DNA of 64,000 bases from an uncultured bacterium (GCA_964601505.1 CAZRNR010000001.1:49095-113094); one strand, 5' to 3'. Shown: positions 28,310 through 39,062, numbered from the stretch's first letter. Notes: generated by a model from the letters alone, not told the origin. Made by a program: numbers and translations.

Positions 28310-30914
28310 ATTCTTTTTGTTTTACGTCCATTCCCTGTATGCCTGTAATTTTAATGTCTACATATCTGAAAGAAAAATAGATTGTGAAAGAAATCAATTT
28401 GAATTGCAGTTGTGTTCAATACTAGCTACTTGTCCCTCTGTTTATCAAATAAATCAAATACTCAAAGCACTTTATCAATCAGATATAATAGGGGATTTTA
28501 CATTAACGTTTTCTGACTCAACAACATCAATATATATAAATCCGATCATAAAGTTATCAGATATAGAGGTTTCTGGTAGAATTCCTGCAGATATAAGTGG
28601 AAGATTGAAAGATTTTATCATGGGTAGAAGATTTAAGGGAGAAAATGATATAAAAAATGTATGTGAAGATTTTCTCGTTCAGGAGGGAGTTTTTGAGCCA
28701 AGATGTATTTTTAAGATATCGGATGCGAAAGCTCATATTGAAGTATCAGGAAATATAGAAACTATCAGAGATATAAAAGTTTCCGTTGAAGATGAATCTT
28801 TTGAGAAGAATATTTTAAAGATATTGCGAAAATATGAACAAAGAAGGTTTTTTCCAGCATTGCTTCAAGATATAAGAAAAAATGTATCATATGTTTTGAG
28901 AAAATCCGGATACATGCAACCAGATATAAATATATACTTTGAATCAGGAACTATTTACTGTAATCTGAAGCTGGGTAAAAAATATGCTATCTTCTTGAAC
29001 TCGGATCTTGGAGAAAAATTTGATTTGTATGAAGACGAGATAATTAAAGAAATAATTGAAAATTTCACCGGAGATTTCTCACAATATTCTCTAAAACTTT
29101 TTCTTGAAAATTATTTGAAGGTAAAGAATATACCATATCAAGTAATTTCAGTTTCAGAGATTGTGTTAGACGAACAGATTTCTGCTGTGAATATATCAAT
29201 AAAATCTCCAAAAATGTTCTACTTGGATAGATTCAGAATTGAGGGACTGAAAAGACTTGATGAATCAGATATAAAAAAATATATAGGTATCAATGAGAAA
29301 AACATAATAACATTTTTTAATCCAAGACATGCTCTTTATCAGGAGAAGCAGATAGATACCTTCATTTCAAGGATTTATGAATTCGCAAGATCAAAGGGAT
29401 TTTTTGATTTTAAAATTATAGATGTTCAAAAGAAATTTTCACTTGATTCTTTGAGCGTTTTGGTTTTCGTTGAAGAAGGTGACAGAGCTGTTATAGATAG
29501 TATATCTTTCGAGAATTTCCCAGAAGATGTGAGTAAAAAATTGGAAATACCGAAAACTCCTTTTTTCTACGACAGAGAGTTTTTAAAGAATTTTAAGTCG
29601 GACATTGAGATGATATCCAGGGAATATACATCTGAGAATTTTGAAGTAGAAATCTATGAAGATTGGAAAACAAAAAAACTTGTGGACATCTCATTTGTAT
29701 ATATAGGAGAAAAAAGAGCTGACCTTACGAAATATTTTTTTGCTGATTCTAGAACAGATCATACCTTCCTGAAGAATATGGTTGATCTTAAAGAGGGAGA
29801 TATAATTACTCTGAATAATATTGAAAAAGCTTACGATAATCTTAATGGCATAAAGTATTTTGACAGTGTGAATATAAAATCTTATCCCGTTTCTCTGAGA
29901 TCTTCTGAGAGAGAATCTCTTCTGGTATTAGGTGCTTATGAGGGGAAACTAAATGAATTGGGAGTTTCTGGTGGATTATCTTCTGTTGAAGGTATAAGAG
30001 GGTCATTAGATTTTACAAAGAGAAACATATATTACTGGGGACTTGACCTGTTATTTAGTATTAGTTCAGCTTACTGGATCTTCCCTTTTGGAAGAGATAT
30101 TGGGCTTACTTTCTTGGGTTTTAGATCTGAGATTATAAGGAGAAGATTGATAATAAAATCTGATGTTTCTCTAACATTCTATCCGAAGTATGAAAGCACG
30201 TTCTTGTATAATGTTCAGAGCCCTTTTTATTTATCTTTGAATATTTCAAGGGAAATTTCACCATTTAAGCTCTCGCTTTCTTTTCTTTTCAATTCAAGAA
30301 TGATTAGGTCCTGGCAGGGGTTTTCTGGAAGACCGGAATTGCCAAACCTAAAAAATATATTTACAATCTCGCAAAGTGTATATTTTAAAAAATCTTATCT
30401 GTTCGCATCTATCAAAAATGATGTTATAATGCCTCTCAAAGGTGTTTCTGATAAATTAGACTTTTCTCTTGAATTTTATAGATTCAGACAACTTTGGGGA
30501 ATAGGTTTTGTTTCATCTCTTGCTAGAATATTCTCCTCAGATATTCTTTCTGTTCCTGTTGAAAATAGATTTTTTCTTGGAGGTTCTAGGGGACCCAGGG
30601 GATACAAGGAAATGTCGATATATTCTGATATATTCCCAGAAAATGTACAATTGATAAGAAAAAAATCTTTGAACAAGATACTTTTTATGTCTGAGCTTTT
30701 TTCTCCGAAAGTTTCATTTTTTAGAGCTTATGTATTTTTTGACATAGGTTCAGTTTTTCATGATTCACAAAGTCTGAAAATTTTCAGAGGTGTTGGACCA
30801 GGAATCTTTTTGGAAACTCCATTTGGAGCTTTCCGATTTGAATTGGGATACGGATTTGAGAAAAAGTCGCTTATTGTTCATTTTTCTTTCGGACTTAACA
30901 GATTTACCCTGTAG
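28278..30914 (+). CDS. Omp85/BamA-family outer-membrane beta-barrel protein
   Basis: About 880 aa, with a hydrophobic N-terminal signal. The conserved Omp85 loop-6 motif 'FFLGGSRGPRGYK' is present. The C-terminal region has an amphipathic alternating pattern ending '...FSFGLNRFTL'. The start is uncertain. Confidence 0.55.
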   Translation: MKVFILFWSLEFFLFYVHSLYACNFNVYISERKIDCERNQFELQLCSILATCPSVYQINQILKALYQSDIIGDFTLTFSDSTTSIYINPIIKLSDIEVSGRIPADISGRLKDFIMGRRFKGENDIKNVCEDFLVQEGVFEPRCIFKISDAKAHIEVSGNIETIRDIKVSVEDESFEKNILKILRKYEQRRFFPALLQDIRKNVSYVLRKSGYMQPDINIYFESGTIYCNLKLGKKYAIFLNSDLGEKFDLYEDEIIKEIIENFTGDFSQYSLKLFLENYLKVKNIPYQVISVSEIVLDEQISAVNISIKSPKMFYLDRFRIEGLKRLDESDIKKYIGINEKNIITFFNPRHALYQEKQIDTFISRIYEFARSKGFFDFKIIDVQKKFSLDSLSVLVFVEEGDRAVIDSISFENFPEDVSKKLEIPKTPFFYDREFLKNFKSDIEMISREYTSENFEVEIYEDWKTKKLVDISFVYIGEKRADLTKYFFADSRTDHTFLKNMVDLKEGDIITLNNIEKAYDNLNGIKYFDSVNIKSYPVSLRSSERESLLVLGAYEGKLNELGVSGGLSSVEGIRGSLDFTKRNIYYWGLDLLFSISSAYWIFPFGRDIGLTFLGFRSEIIRRRLIIKSDVSLTFYPKYESTFLYNVQSPFYLSLNISREISPFKLSLSFLFNSRMIRSWQGFSGRPELPNLKNIFTISQSVYFKKSYLFASIKNDVIMPLKGVSDKLDFSLEFYRFRQLWGIGFVSSLARIFSSDILSVPVENRFFLGGSRGPRGYKEMSIYSDIFPENVQLIRKKSLNKILFMSELFSPKVSFFRAYVFFDIGSVFHDSQSLKIFRGVGPGIFLETPFGAFRFELGYGFEKKSLIVHFSFGLNRFTL

Positions 30915-31169
30915 TATTGATTTTTGATTCTGTAGAATCAGTTAGATCAGTTTTGGAACATAATTCAATTAGTTGGATTTCTAAATTTATATATATTATT
31001 AAAATAAGGCGTTTTTCGGCTTAGGAAATTATGTCTATTATGTAGATTATTACTGATAATATCTCTATAGAAAAAATTTTGACCGAAAGAGAATTTTTGT
31101 GTGTTAGCACATTAGATTTTATATGATAACAGAAACAGAAAGATTTGGAAATGGAGAAGAGCGGATAAG

Positions 31170-32339
31170 ATGCAGGAGATTCCGAAAATGATCAAACGTT
31201 TTGCTATAGTTTTATCTGGAGGGGGAGCGCGGGGAGCTTATGAGGTTGGTGTTCTTAAATACATTTACACGGACTTCGTTCGAGAAACAGGCATATTACC
31301 TCATTTTGATATAATGTGCGGGACGAGTGTTGGAGCCATACATGTATCCTTCCTTGCTTCTTTTATCCAAAATATTCAAACCAACATAAAAATTCTTGAA
31401 TCAATCTGGTGTAACATTGAAGGAGAAAAAGTTTTTAAAATAACATTGCGGAACATCTTTGAACTCTTTTTTGGTAAATCTTCTAATAGATCTATTTTTA
31501 AAACAGATGATCTGAACATGATTATAACCAGAGGAATAAATTGGAATTCAATAAGAAGAAATATTATTGAAGGTAGAATAAAGGCAGTTTGTGTTTTTGC
31601 AACTCAGATATCAACAGGAAAAACCATAGCTTTTGTAGATTCTCTAGAAATATTGCAGGAATGGAAGAAAGATCCTTTTGTGGTTCCAGTTTATTCTGCT
31701 ATTCGCCCTGAGTATGTCTTGGCTTCAGCTGCTATACCTTTATTATTCCCACCAATAGAGATAGATGGTAAATGGTATTGCGATGGTGGGATACGCCTTA
31801 ACACTCCGCTGAGTCCAGCTATTCGTCTTGGTGCGGAAAAGATATTTACAGTTGTCATAAGGTATTATGATCCTTCTGATATGCCAGAAAGGGAGGATAT
31901 TTTCCCAAATCCATTATACCTTATTGGAAAAATTATGAATGCCCTTTTCCTTGATAGGATTGCGTATGATTTATCTCGCCTTGAAGTTTTAAATGAGTTA
32001 CTAAAGAGCGTATCTCCCTATGTATCCCTTGAGAATATAAATCAGAGAATGAGAGAGGTCAGAGGCTATGATATGAAGATTGTTGAACCATTATTTGTAA
32101 GACCCAGTGAAAATATAACTGATTTAGCCATAGAGTGTGCTAAAAAATATACAAGTAGAATAAAGTCAAAGTATAAGTTATTTCTGAGGTCTATTCTTGA
32201 ATTCTCTCAGGGAATTGACACAGATATAGTAAGCTACATCTTGTTTGAACCAAGATATATAGGCGAACTGATAAATCTTGGGTATAATGATGCCAAAAGA
32301 GATGCGGATAAGATCTATAGTTTTTTCAAGAATAGTTGA
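31170..32339 (+). CDS. Patatin-like phospholipase
   Basis: Oxyanion 'GGGARGAYEVG', nucleophile 'GTSVG' and the catalytic 'DGG' Asp. Confidence 0.8.
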   Translation: MQEIPKMIKRFAIVLSGGGARGAYEVGVLKYIYTDFVRETGILPHFDIMCGTSVGAIHVSFLASFIQNIQTNIKILESIWCNIEGEKVFKITLRNIFELFFGKSSNRSIFKTDDLNMIITRGINWNSIRRNIIEGRIKAVCVFATQISTGKTIAFVDSLEILQEWKKDPFVVPVYSAIRPEYVLASAAIPLLFPPIEIDGKWYCDGGIRLNTPLSPAIRLGAEKIFTVVIRYYDPSDMPEREDIFPNPLYLIGKIMNALFLDRIAYDLSRLEVLNELLKSVSPYVSLENINQRMREVRGYDMKIVEPLFVRPSENITDLAIECAKKYTSRIKSKYKLFLRSILEFSQGIDTDIVSYILFEPRYIGELINLGYNDAKRDADKIYSFFKNS

Positions 32340-33346
32340 TTATGTTTTTAGATTTTGTAAAGGTTTATGTCAGAGGGGGGCGAGGAGGAGATGGAGCTGT
32401 ATCTTTTAGAAGAGAAAAATTCCAGCCAAAAGGTGGTCCAGATGGGGGCGATGGAGGAAAAGGAGGCGATGTTATATTTCGGGCTTCACGCCAAAAGAAT
32501 ACACTTCTTGATTTCAAATATAAAAAACATATCGTTGCACAGGATGGAGAAAATGGAAAATCTAAAAACCAAAAGGGAAGGGATGGAGAAGATCTTATTG
32601 TCCTTGTTCCTGTGGGAACGGTCATAAAAGATGCGCAAACTTATGAAGTGTTGGCAGATCTTGATCAGGATGGGAAGAGTTTCATCGTAGCTAAGGGAGG
32701 GAAAGGTGGTAGAGGAAACGCTTCATTTAAATCTCCTACTCTTCAGATAGTTAAAACTGCTGAGAAGGGAAAGCCGGGAGAAGAGAGGTGGATAATTCTT
32801 GAACTAAAATTCATTGCTGATGTTGGAATAATAGGATTACCGAATGCTGGAAAATCTACATTATTAAAGAGTCTTACAAGGGCAAACCCTAAAATTGCAC
32901 CATATCCGTTTACAACTATCTACCCGAATCTCGGAGTGATGGAATTAGATCAGCAGAGGAAACTTTATATCGTTGATATTCCTGGACTGATAGAAGGGGC
33001 TCATAAAGGGAAGGGACTTGGGAATGAATTCCTCAGACATATAGAAAGAGCAAAGATGTATATACATCTTATAGATATAACTCAAGAACCAAAAAAATCT
33101 TTTGAGATAATACTTGATGAGATCAACAGGTATAATCCAGAGCTATTGAAAAAGAGAAAGATGATAGTTGTTCTGAATAAATCAGATCTCGTTGAGAAAT
33201 CAAGCGATATCAAAAAGTGGAAACGATATTTTGAAAAGTTAGGTTTTAGGTCGGCTGTTATATCTGCCTTAACAGGAGAAGGTTTAGATGAATTAAAGGA
33301 AATAATCTGGAAAGAATTTAAAGACATCGGGGAAAATATATCCTGA
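32336..33346 (+). CDS. obg: GTPase Obg
   Basis: Gly-rich Obg fold 'VRGGRGGDGAVSFRREKF...GGPDGGDGGKGG', followed by GTPase motifs G1-G4. Confidence 0.9.
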   Translation: MIMFLDFVKVYVRGGRGGDGAVSFRREKFQPKGGPDGGDGGKGGDVIFRASRQKNTLLDFKYKKHIVAQDGENGKSKNQKGRDGEDLIVLVPVGTVIKDAQTYEVLADLDQDGKSFIVAKGGKGGRGNASFKSPTLQIVKTAEKGKPGEERWIILELKFIADVGIIGLPNAGKSTLLKSLTRANPKIAPYPFTTIYPNLGVMELDQQRKLYIVDIPGLIEGAHKGKGLGNEFLRHIERAKMYIHLIDITQEPKKSFEIILDEINRYNPELLKKRKMIVVLNKSDLVEKSSDIKKWKRYFEKLGFRSAVISALTGEGLDELKEIIWKEFKDIGENIS

Positions 33347-33484
33347 ACTTTTACAAGCTATAGCGCAACTATAAAGAAATTTAAGATTTTCTTTCAAAAA
33401 ATTAGAGAATGCACTATAATTTGACTTTTCCCTTTTAATACCGGACATATTTGCTCTCTAATTGAAATTCTTAAGTGTTCTCGT

Positions 33485-34357
33485 TCATTCTCGCATAAAT
33501 ATTATATCTATTTGATTTTCCTGATTTCCTATCATTCTGATTTGTCTAATTATTTCATAAGTTCTATTTAGTGTTTCAATCGCAAAATCTGGTAAGATTT
33601 TTAATTTTTTTCTCATTTTCTCCTTTCTTCCTTCTATTATGATTTTTTTCTCCATATCTTTGAGGACTTTGAATCCGTTTTCTTTTAATATGGATTTGAG
33701 CTTTCTCCCGCTTAAAAAATTTATGTGTTTCAGTCCTTCTCTTGTTTTCCCTATTATTTTTAAGTATTTCTCCGCAATTTTGCCCTTGAAAAATGGTATC
33801 CAAAAGGTTCTATAATGTGGTTCAAAAAAACTTCTTGAATAGTCTGGTGATCTGACATAAAGTATTCCGCTTTTTTTTATAACTCTGGATATTTCTTCTA
33901 TTGTTTTCTCTAAATCTTCAACATGTTCCAGAACTTGATTTGCAATAACTATATCAAATGTTTCATCTTTAAAAGGCAAAGTTTTCCCATCATATATTAC
34001 ATATCTTGATTTATATTTATTTAGATTTATTGTTTTGCAGGCAAATGAAAAATATTCACATCTTGTTCTTGATATATCAACACCGAATGTATTATATCCG
34101 TTCCTAATACAATATAAAAGAAAGTTTCCCCAACCGCATCCAAAATCAAGTATCCTTTTGTCTTTTATATATCCGATTTCTTCTTGTAGCCTATTTATGT
34201 TCCCAGTTAAATCTTCGTCCAAATTTGAGTGTATATAGACTAATTCGTGTATATGTTTTTCATCTTCTTCTCCCCATAGTTCTTTATATTCTTTCTTCAG
34301 GATATTGAGAAGTTTTCTACTTAAAGATTCTCTTATTTCTTCATCTAGAGATTTCAT
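33485..34357 (-). CDS. Class I SAM-dependent methyltransferase
   Basis: Motif I 'LDFGCGWGNF', and 'DIVIANQVLEH'. Confidence 0.7.
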   Translation of the reverse strand: MKSLDEEIRESLSRKLLNILKKEYKELWGEEDEKHIHELVYIHSNLDEDLTGNINRLQEEIGYIKDKRILDFGCGWGNFLLYCIRNGYNTFGVDISRTRCEYFSFACKTINLNKYKSRYVIYDGKTLPFKDETFDIVIANQVLEHVEDLEKTIEEISRVIKKSGILYVRSPDYSRSFFEPHYRTFWIPFFKGKIAEKYLKIIGKTREGLKHINFLSGRKLKSILKENGFKVLKDMEKKIIIEGRKEKMRKKLKILPDFAIETLNRTYEIIRQIRMIGNQENQIDIIFMRE

Positions 34358-34376
34358 TTTGATTTGAGCAAATGAA

Positions 34377-34781
34377 TCACTTCTTTTTTATCTTTATTTC
34401 TCTTTTTATCATTTTTTTCTCTATTTTGCTTTCTTCTCTTTTATCTTTGAAAGCAACCTCTATGCGTAGCTCTACGGAGGTGTCAAGGAGAACTTTCTTC
34501 ATAAGTCCTACTATATCTATTGAATTTAAAAAGTTTCTCAATTCTTCTCTTATTATTGCAGAGACTGTCTGGATGAGAATCTTTGGAATATTCACCCCTT
34601 TTTCCGCAAGTATATTTAGTATGGTTCCACCTATTGTAGGAAGCTTTGAAATTACTTTCTTGAATTCTTCTTGTATTTCTTGTTGTTTATTTCCTTCATA
34701 ATTTTTCAGTTCCTCTATCATTTTTTTCTCTTCAGAATCGTCTCTTCTTGTTCTTTTTGAAGGAATTTTTATCCTCATCAT
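34377..34781 (-). CDS. Hypothetical highly charged small protein
   Basis: 134-aa ORF immediately upstream of, and co-oriented with, the methyltransferase. Confidence 0.35.
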   Translation of the reverse strand: MMRIKIPSKRTRRDDSEEKKMIEELKNYEGNKQQEIQEEFKKVISKLPTIGGTILNILAEKGVNIPKILIQTVSAIIREELRNFLNSIDIVGLMKKVLLDTSVELRIEVAFKDKREESKIEKKMIKREIKIKKK

Positions 34782-35070
34782 ATTTAGATATTAGCTATTG
34801 TGTTTATATAACTTAAGAATTTCCAAGAAGTCTCAGGTGATATTATACTTTTGCTTTTATATGAATCAGGAACCTTAAGCAAAATTTAAAAAATTTTATG
34901 TTGCATGTATCAATGATGATAAAAAGCTTATTTAACTTAAGAATTAAAAAGAAAGGTGAATTATATTCTGCTTCATGCCAATTTATACACGGAATAAATT
35001 TTTTTTAATTATTTAGATCTTGCGTCAAAATATCATATTCTTATAGCTTTTAATAAGACTTATAGTCTTT

Positions 35071-36090
35071 TTATCCTTCCAAGAAATCTTTTATGCCTAG
35101 AAATATTTCTTTAGCAAGTCTTTTGAGGAATGTATCAGATCTTAAACTATGAAAATCTTCAGGATTATCTATGAACCCAATTTCAATTAAAACGGCAGGG
35201 CAGAATGTTCCTGCGAGGACATAAAGAGGTGCTCCTTCGATAGTTCTTACTTTCTTTAGACTTTTGATCCTTTCCGATATCTTTTTAGCAAGCCTATAAC
35301 TCTCATTTTCTCTGAATTCTGAATATATGTCAAAGAGTATTTTGGAGCCTTGATCAAAGCGAACTCCATTTTCTTTTTGTGCTATTCGTAATGCATAATT
35401 TGAAAACTTCTGTGAGAAATAAAATATCTCAAAACCAGAGGGAGAATTTCTCTTTTCAGATGAATTAACATGTATTGATACGAATATATCACATTCCGTT
35501 GCATTCGCTATTGCACTTCTCTCATCAAGAGAGATGAATTTATCTTCCTTTCTTGTTAATATCGCACGAAATACAGAATTTCTGATAATTTCTTCATAAA
35601 TTTTTTTTACAAGCTTAAGATTTATATCTTTCTCTTTTATACCTTCCCACATTGTTCCTGGATCTCTTCCACCATGCCCAGCATCAATAACTATTACTTT
35701 GTTCTTCTTCTTTTCTTCGTCTTCTCGATCAAGGATTATTTCATCGACATCTTTCTTGCCGAATCCTACATCTACTATGATTTTGTATGGCATAGGTATT
35801 ATGAAATATCTGACATAAGAAAATTCCTTTCTGAAGTTTATCGTGAAGTTTTTGCCTTCCCATAATATGATGTAATCTTTAGCTCTTTTAGTTCCTTTTC
35901 CTAAATCCTTTTTAAAGTTGATTTTTATCTTGTTGCTATCTGCGGAGAAAGATATATCAGATTTTTCTGATAACTCAATTGCAAACCTCAAAAATTCTCC
36001 GAACTCAAAAGATATTATATCTCTTATCTTTGCATAAGATTTATTGGTCATAAAAATTATAAGTAGAAAAGTAGAAAATACTCTCATCAT
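35071..36090 (-). CDS. N-acetylmuramoyl-L-alanine amidase (Amidase_3)
   Basis: Motif 'VIDAGHGGRDPG', and an N-terminal signal peptide. Confidence 0.8.
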   Translation of the reverse strand: MMRVFSTFLLIIFMTNKSYAKIRDIISFEFGEFLRFAIELSEKSDISFSADSNKIKINFKKDLGKGTKRAKDYIILWEGKNFTINFRKEFSYVRYFIIPMPYKIIVDVGFGKKDVDEIILDREDEEKKKNKVIVIDAGHGGRDPGTMWEGIKEKDINLKLVKKIYEEIIRNSVFRAILTRKEDKFISLDERSAIANATECDIFVSIHVNSSEKRNSPSGFEIFYFSQKFSNYALRIAQKENGVRFDQGSKILFDIYSEFRENESYRLAKKISERIKSLKKVRTIEGAPLYVLAGTFCPAVLIEIGFIDNPEDFHSLRSDTFLKRLAKEIFLGIKDFLEG

Positions 36091-36632
36091 TATAGAATTT
36101 TACTTCTGATCTCTTTCATCTGCAGCTTATATATTTTTCTTATTGAAAGAAGTATAGGGAAATATTTGCCTTTTGCAAAATCTGGGAATGTCCAGGGAAA
36201 ACTTTGGAAGCTTCCCTTTTCATATCTTAACATTATATCTATCCAGACTCCATCTCTTATGTAGATCTTACATCCGCCCCCCTTATATGTAGCAAGAACT
36301 AATTTACTGAAGTCCATATACCCTGGGTCAATATTCACTTTCCTTTTACCATCAACGCTTAAAATATTTTCTAATTCGGTGGATTGCTTCTTTATATCCA
36401 CTATTTCATCAGGTTTTATTAGTTTCTTGATGGAAATGAATATCCTTTTTATGTTTTCTCCCATTTCTTGTTTGTAGTAATCTGTTTCGTCAAAATCCAA
36501 AGGCATACTTTTGAAATCTATTTCCCCATTTTTTTCGGATATAAACTTTATAGCCTCAAACAATTTTTCTTCATCCGAAAATAGTATTGCAAAGAAAAGC
36601 TTTACGGGGCTTGGTTCAGAAGGAGATCCCAT
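36090..36632 (-). CDS. Hypothetical protein
   Basis: 180-aa ORF translationally coupled to the amidase (1-nt overlap). Confidence 0.4.
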   Translation of the reverse strand: MGSPSEPSPVKLFFAILFSDEEKLFEAIKFISEKNGEIDFKSMPLDFDETDYYKQEMGENIKRIFISIKKLIKPDEIVDIKKQSTELENILSVDGKRKVNIDPGYMDFSKLVLATYKGGGCKIYIRDGVWIDIMLRYEKGSFQSFPWTFPDFAKGKYFPILLSIRKIYKLQMKEIRSKIL

Positions 36633-37507
36633 ATGTTTGAGAATATATTTTTATTTATTCCCATCTTCCCAATCATTTCTAAAATATTTTCTTTTTCCAT
36701 CCTAATGTTTTTAGATACTCCATTTTTTATGAAATGAACAAAATTATTTCTGATGTAAATTATTTTGTCTCCAATCAACTTTGATACTACTATGTTGTTC
36801 ATCATCTCAAAAAAATAAGTTTTTTCCCAAGCCGATATGAAATCAATATCGCTTATTTTTTCAATAGTTGCTCTGTATCTGAATTTCCTGTGTCCGTTTT
36901 CAAAAACTGTATTGACCTCAATATCCCTACCTTCAACAGAGAAAAGAAGTTTTCCTTGCGGTAGATTTACCAAAGTTGAACCTTCAGATATGTTAATTGG
37001 TGTAAAGATTAGAAAACCTATATCTAATATAAATGATTTTTGTCCAAGATTAGCAAGAATAATTGTATGAGATTTTGGTGCGTAGGTCCTGTCAGCGAGT
37101 AATATTTCAGATTCTATACAACAGAAATCAAGGACTCTCTTGAGTAAATAAACCAAAGGAAAGCAAGTTGCTCCGGTTCCCCAATTCTTGAAACCATATA
37201 GTATGTCTGCTGGTGATATCAATCTATTTTCATTTATATGCTTTGTTATATTCTCATAAGGTAAAATAGAGAATTTTGACAATATATTTTTGATACATTC
37301 CTCTTTGTAATCCTCATCAATTCTAGATTTTCTTATATCTTGGGTTATTCCAAGTTCATAAGATAGCTCTTCTATCGCTTTTTCTTCATCTTTAAAAAGT
37401 TCCATCTGAACTAAAAAATTTAAGCAAAAATAATCATATTTTAGGAACTGTAATATATTTTGGATATGAAGATATTTGTAACTGGAATATCTGGATACAT
37501 AGGTCAA
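36602..37507 (-). CDS. Arylamine N-acetyltransferase-like (Cys-His-Asp fold) protein
   Basis: Candidate catalytic Cys in 'WGTGATCFPLV' and His in 'SHTIILANLGQKSFILDIGF', resembling the NAT segments 'GGYCFELN' and 'THRLLLVELEDEQWIADVGFG'. Recalled from memory. Confidence 0.4.
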   Translation of the reverse strand: MTYVSRYSSYKYLHIQNILQFLKYDYFCLNFLVQMELFKDEEKAIEELSYELGITQDIRKSRIDEDYKEECIKNILSKFSILPYENITKHINENRLISPADILYGFKNWGTGATCFPLVYLLKRVLDFCCIESEILLADRTYAPKSHTIILANLGQKSFILDIGFLIFTPINISEGSTLVNLPQGKLLFSVEGRDIEVNTVFENGHRKFRYRATIEKISDIDFISAWEKTYFFEMMNNIVVSKLIGDKIIYIRNNFVHFIKNGVSKNIRMEKENILEMIGKMGINKNIFSNIWDLLLNQAP

Positions 37508-38434
37508 AGTTTTCTGAAGATATATAAGAGCGATTATAAAAGAGGATACGAGATAAGAGGTGTGGATATAAAAGAACTTCCTTCTGAGTTGAAGGATTCA
37601 GTTGATTTTAAGATTATGGACATTACCTCCCAAGATGTGCAAGAATTTATGAAAGGTTCTGATGTTGTGGTTCATATGGCTTTTGTCTTGAATCCACCGA
37701 AGAATAGGGAAGCTGCAAGGAAAGTAAATATAGATGGGACGAGAAACATACTTAAGTCTGCAAAGAGTGTAGGAGCAAAACAAGTTATAGTTCTCACTTC
37801 TGCATCAACTTATGGAGCTCATCCAGATAATCCACTCTTTATGAAAGAAGATCACCCGCTGCGAGGTGATTTAAATTTCGGTTTTTGGTATTCTGAAGAT
37901 AAGACAGTGCAAGATAGAATAACCCAGATATTTGCAAAGGAGAATCCAGATATAAAAGTGTGTATAGTCAGACCTGCGATAGTTTTTGGAGAAAATGTTA
38001 ATAATTTTATATCTCAAGGGTTTTTTAATCCCCCAGTTGTAGGGATATTTCATAAGAATATTCCTTTTCAGTTTATATATGAGGCAGATGTTGCAAGAGC
38101 TATATGGATTATGATAAAGCAATCAGCTTCTGGTATATTTAATCTTTCCGGTGATGGTGTTGTTACGATGAAGAGAGGTGCAGAAATCATGGGTAAGCCC
38201 ATAATGTATATACCTCCATTATTGCATAGACCTATGTATGAGATAATGATAAGAACAAAAATATTAGATCCTCTAACACCATTTGCAGCAATAGATTTTT
38301 TTAAATATCCCTGGACACTTGATACGACAAGAGCTTCTGAAGAACTCAAATTCTTCCCTCAGGAAAGTTCAGAAAGTGCCTTCAAAAAAGCATGGGAATC
38401 CTTCAAAAGGAAGAAGAAAGTGAAAAAGAAGTAA
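37460..38434 (+). CDS. NAD-dependent epimerase/dehydratase
   Basis: 'IFVTGISGYIGQ' Rossmann motif and a 'YxxxK'-type SDR region. Its 5' end overlaps the convergent NAT-like gene by 48 nt. Confidence 0.8.
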   Translation: MDMKIFVTGISGYIGQSFLKIYKSDYKRGYEIRGVDIKELPSELKDSVDFKIMDITSQDVQEFMKGSDVVVHMAFVLNPPKNREAARKVNIDGTRNILKSAKSVGAKQVIVLTSASTYGAHPDNPLFMKEDHPLRGDLNFGFWYSEDKTVQDRITQIFAKENPDIKVCIVRPAIVFGENVNNFISQGFFNPPVVGIFHKNIPFQFIYEADVARAIWIMIKQSASGIFNLSGDGVVTMKRGAEIMGKPIMYIPPLLHRPMYEIMIRTKILDPLTPFAAIDFFKYPWTLDTTRASEELKFFPQESSESAFKKAWESFKRKKKVKKK

Positions 38435-38503
38435 AAGAATCTTATTATTATTGATTGTATCAATTTTTATATTACATTTTGTCTTGTATTTTACTCTGCT
38501 ATT

Positions 38504-38887
38504 ATGATAAATAAGGTATTTTTACTTGGGAATTTGGGGAAAGATCCAGAGATAAAATTCACAAAAGATGGGACTATGATGTCAATTTTTAGGTTAGCAA
38601 CGACAGAGTATGTAAGAAGCAACGGGGGGGCAGATAAAATTACAGAGTGGCATACGGTGATATGTTTTGGCAAAATTGCTGAATTTTGTGCAAAACTTAA
38701 AAAAGGCGATAGAGTCTTTGTTGAAGGAAAAATTAGAAATTCTTCTTTTGAAAGTGAAAATAAAATCTATAAAGTATCAACAATAGTCGCAAAATCTGTA
38801 AAACTTATACCAAGAAGGTCATACGATGAAGAATTAATAAAAACATCATCTGAAGAAGAAATATCTCAGGAAGAAGAACTATTTTAA
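38504..38887 (+). CDS. ssb: Single-stranded DNA-binding protein
   Basis: OB fold 'MINKVFLLGNLGKDPEIKFTKDGTMMSIFRLATTE...TEWHTVICFGKIAEF', with an acidic C-terminal tail. Confidence 0.85.
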   Translation: MINKVFLLGNLGKDPEIKFTKDGTMMSIFRLATTEYVRSNGGADKITEWHTVICFGKIAEFCAKLKKGDRVFVEGKIRNSSFESENKIYKVSTIVAKSVKLIPRRSYDEELIKTSSEEEISQEEELF

Positions 38888-39062
38888 ATTGCTCTATTGC
38901 AACATAGTATTTATGTATTTTACTTTTTATATTCTATCCCACTATTGATTTGATGGATACAAAAAGGCAGAGAATATTTTCCCTCTGTTTCCTTTGTTGT
39001 AGGCATTATTTCCCTGATATATCACAAACTTCAAGGGGGCTTGATGAATGCAACAAAGCAAT

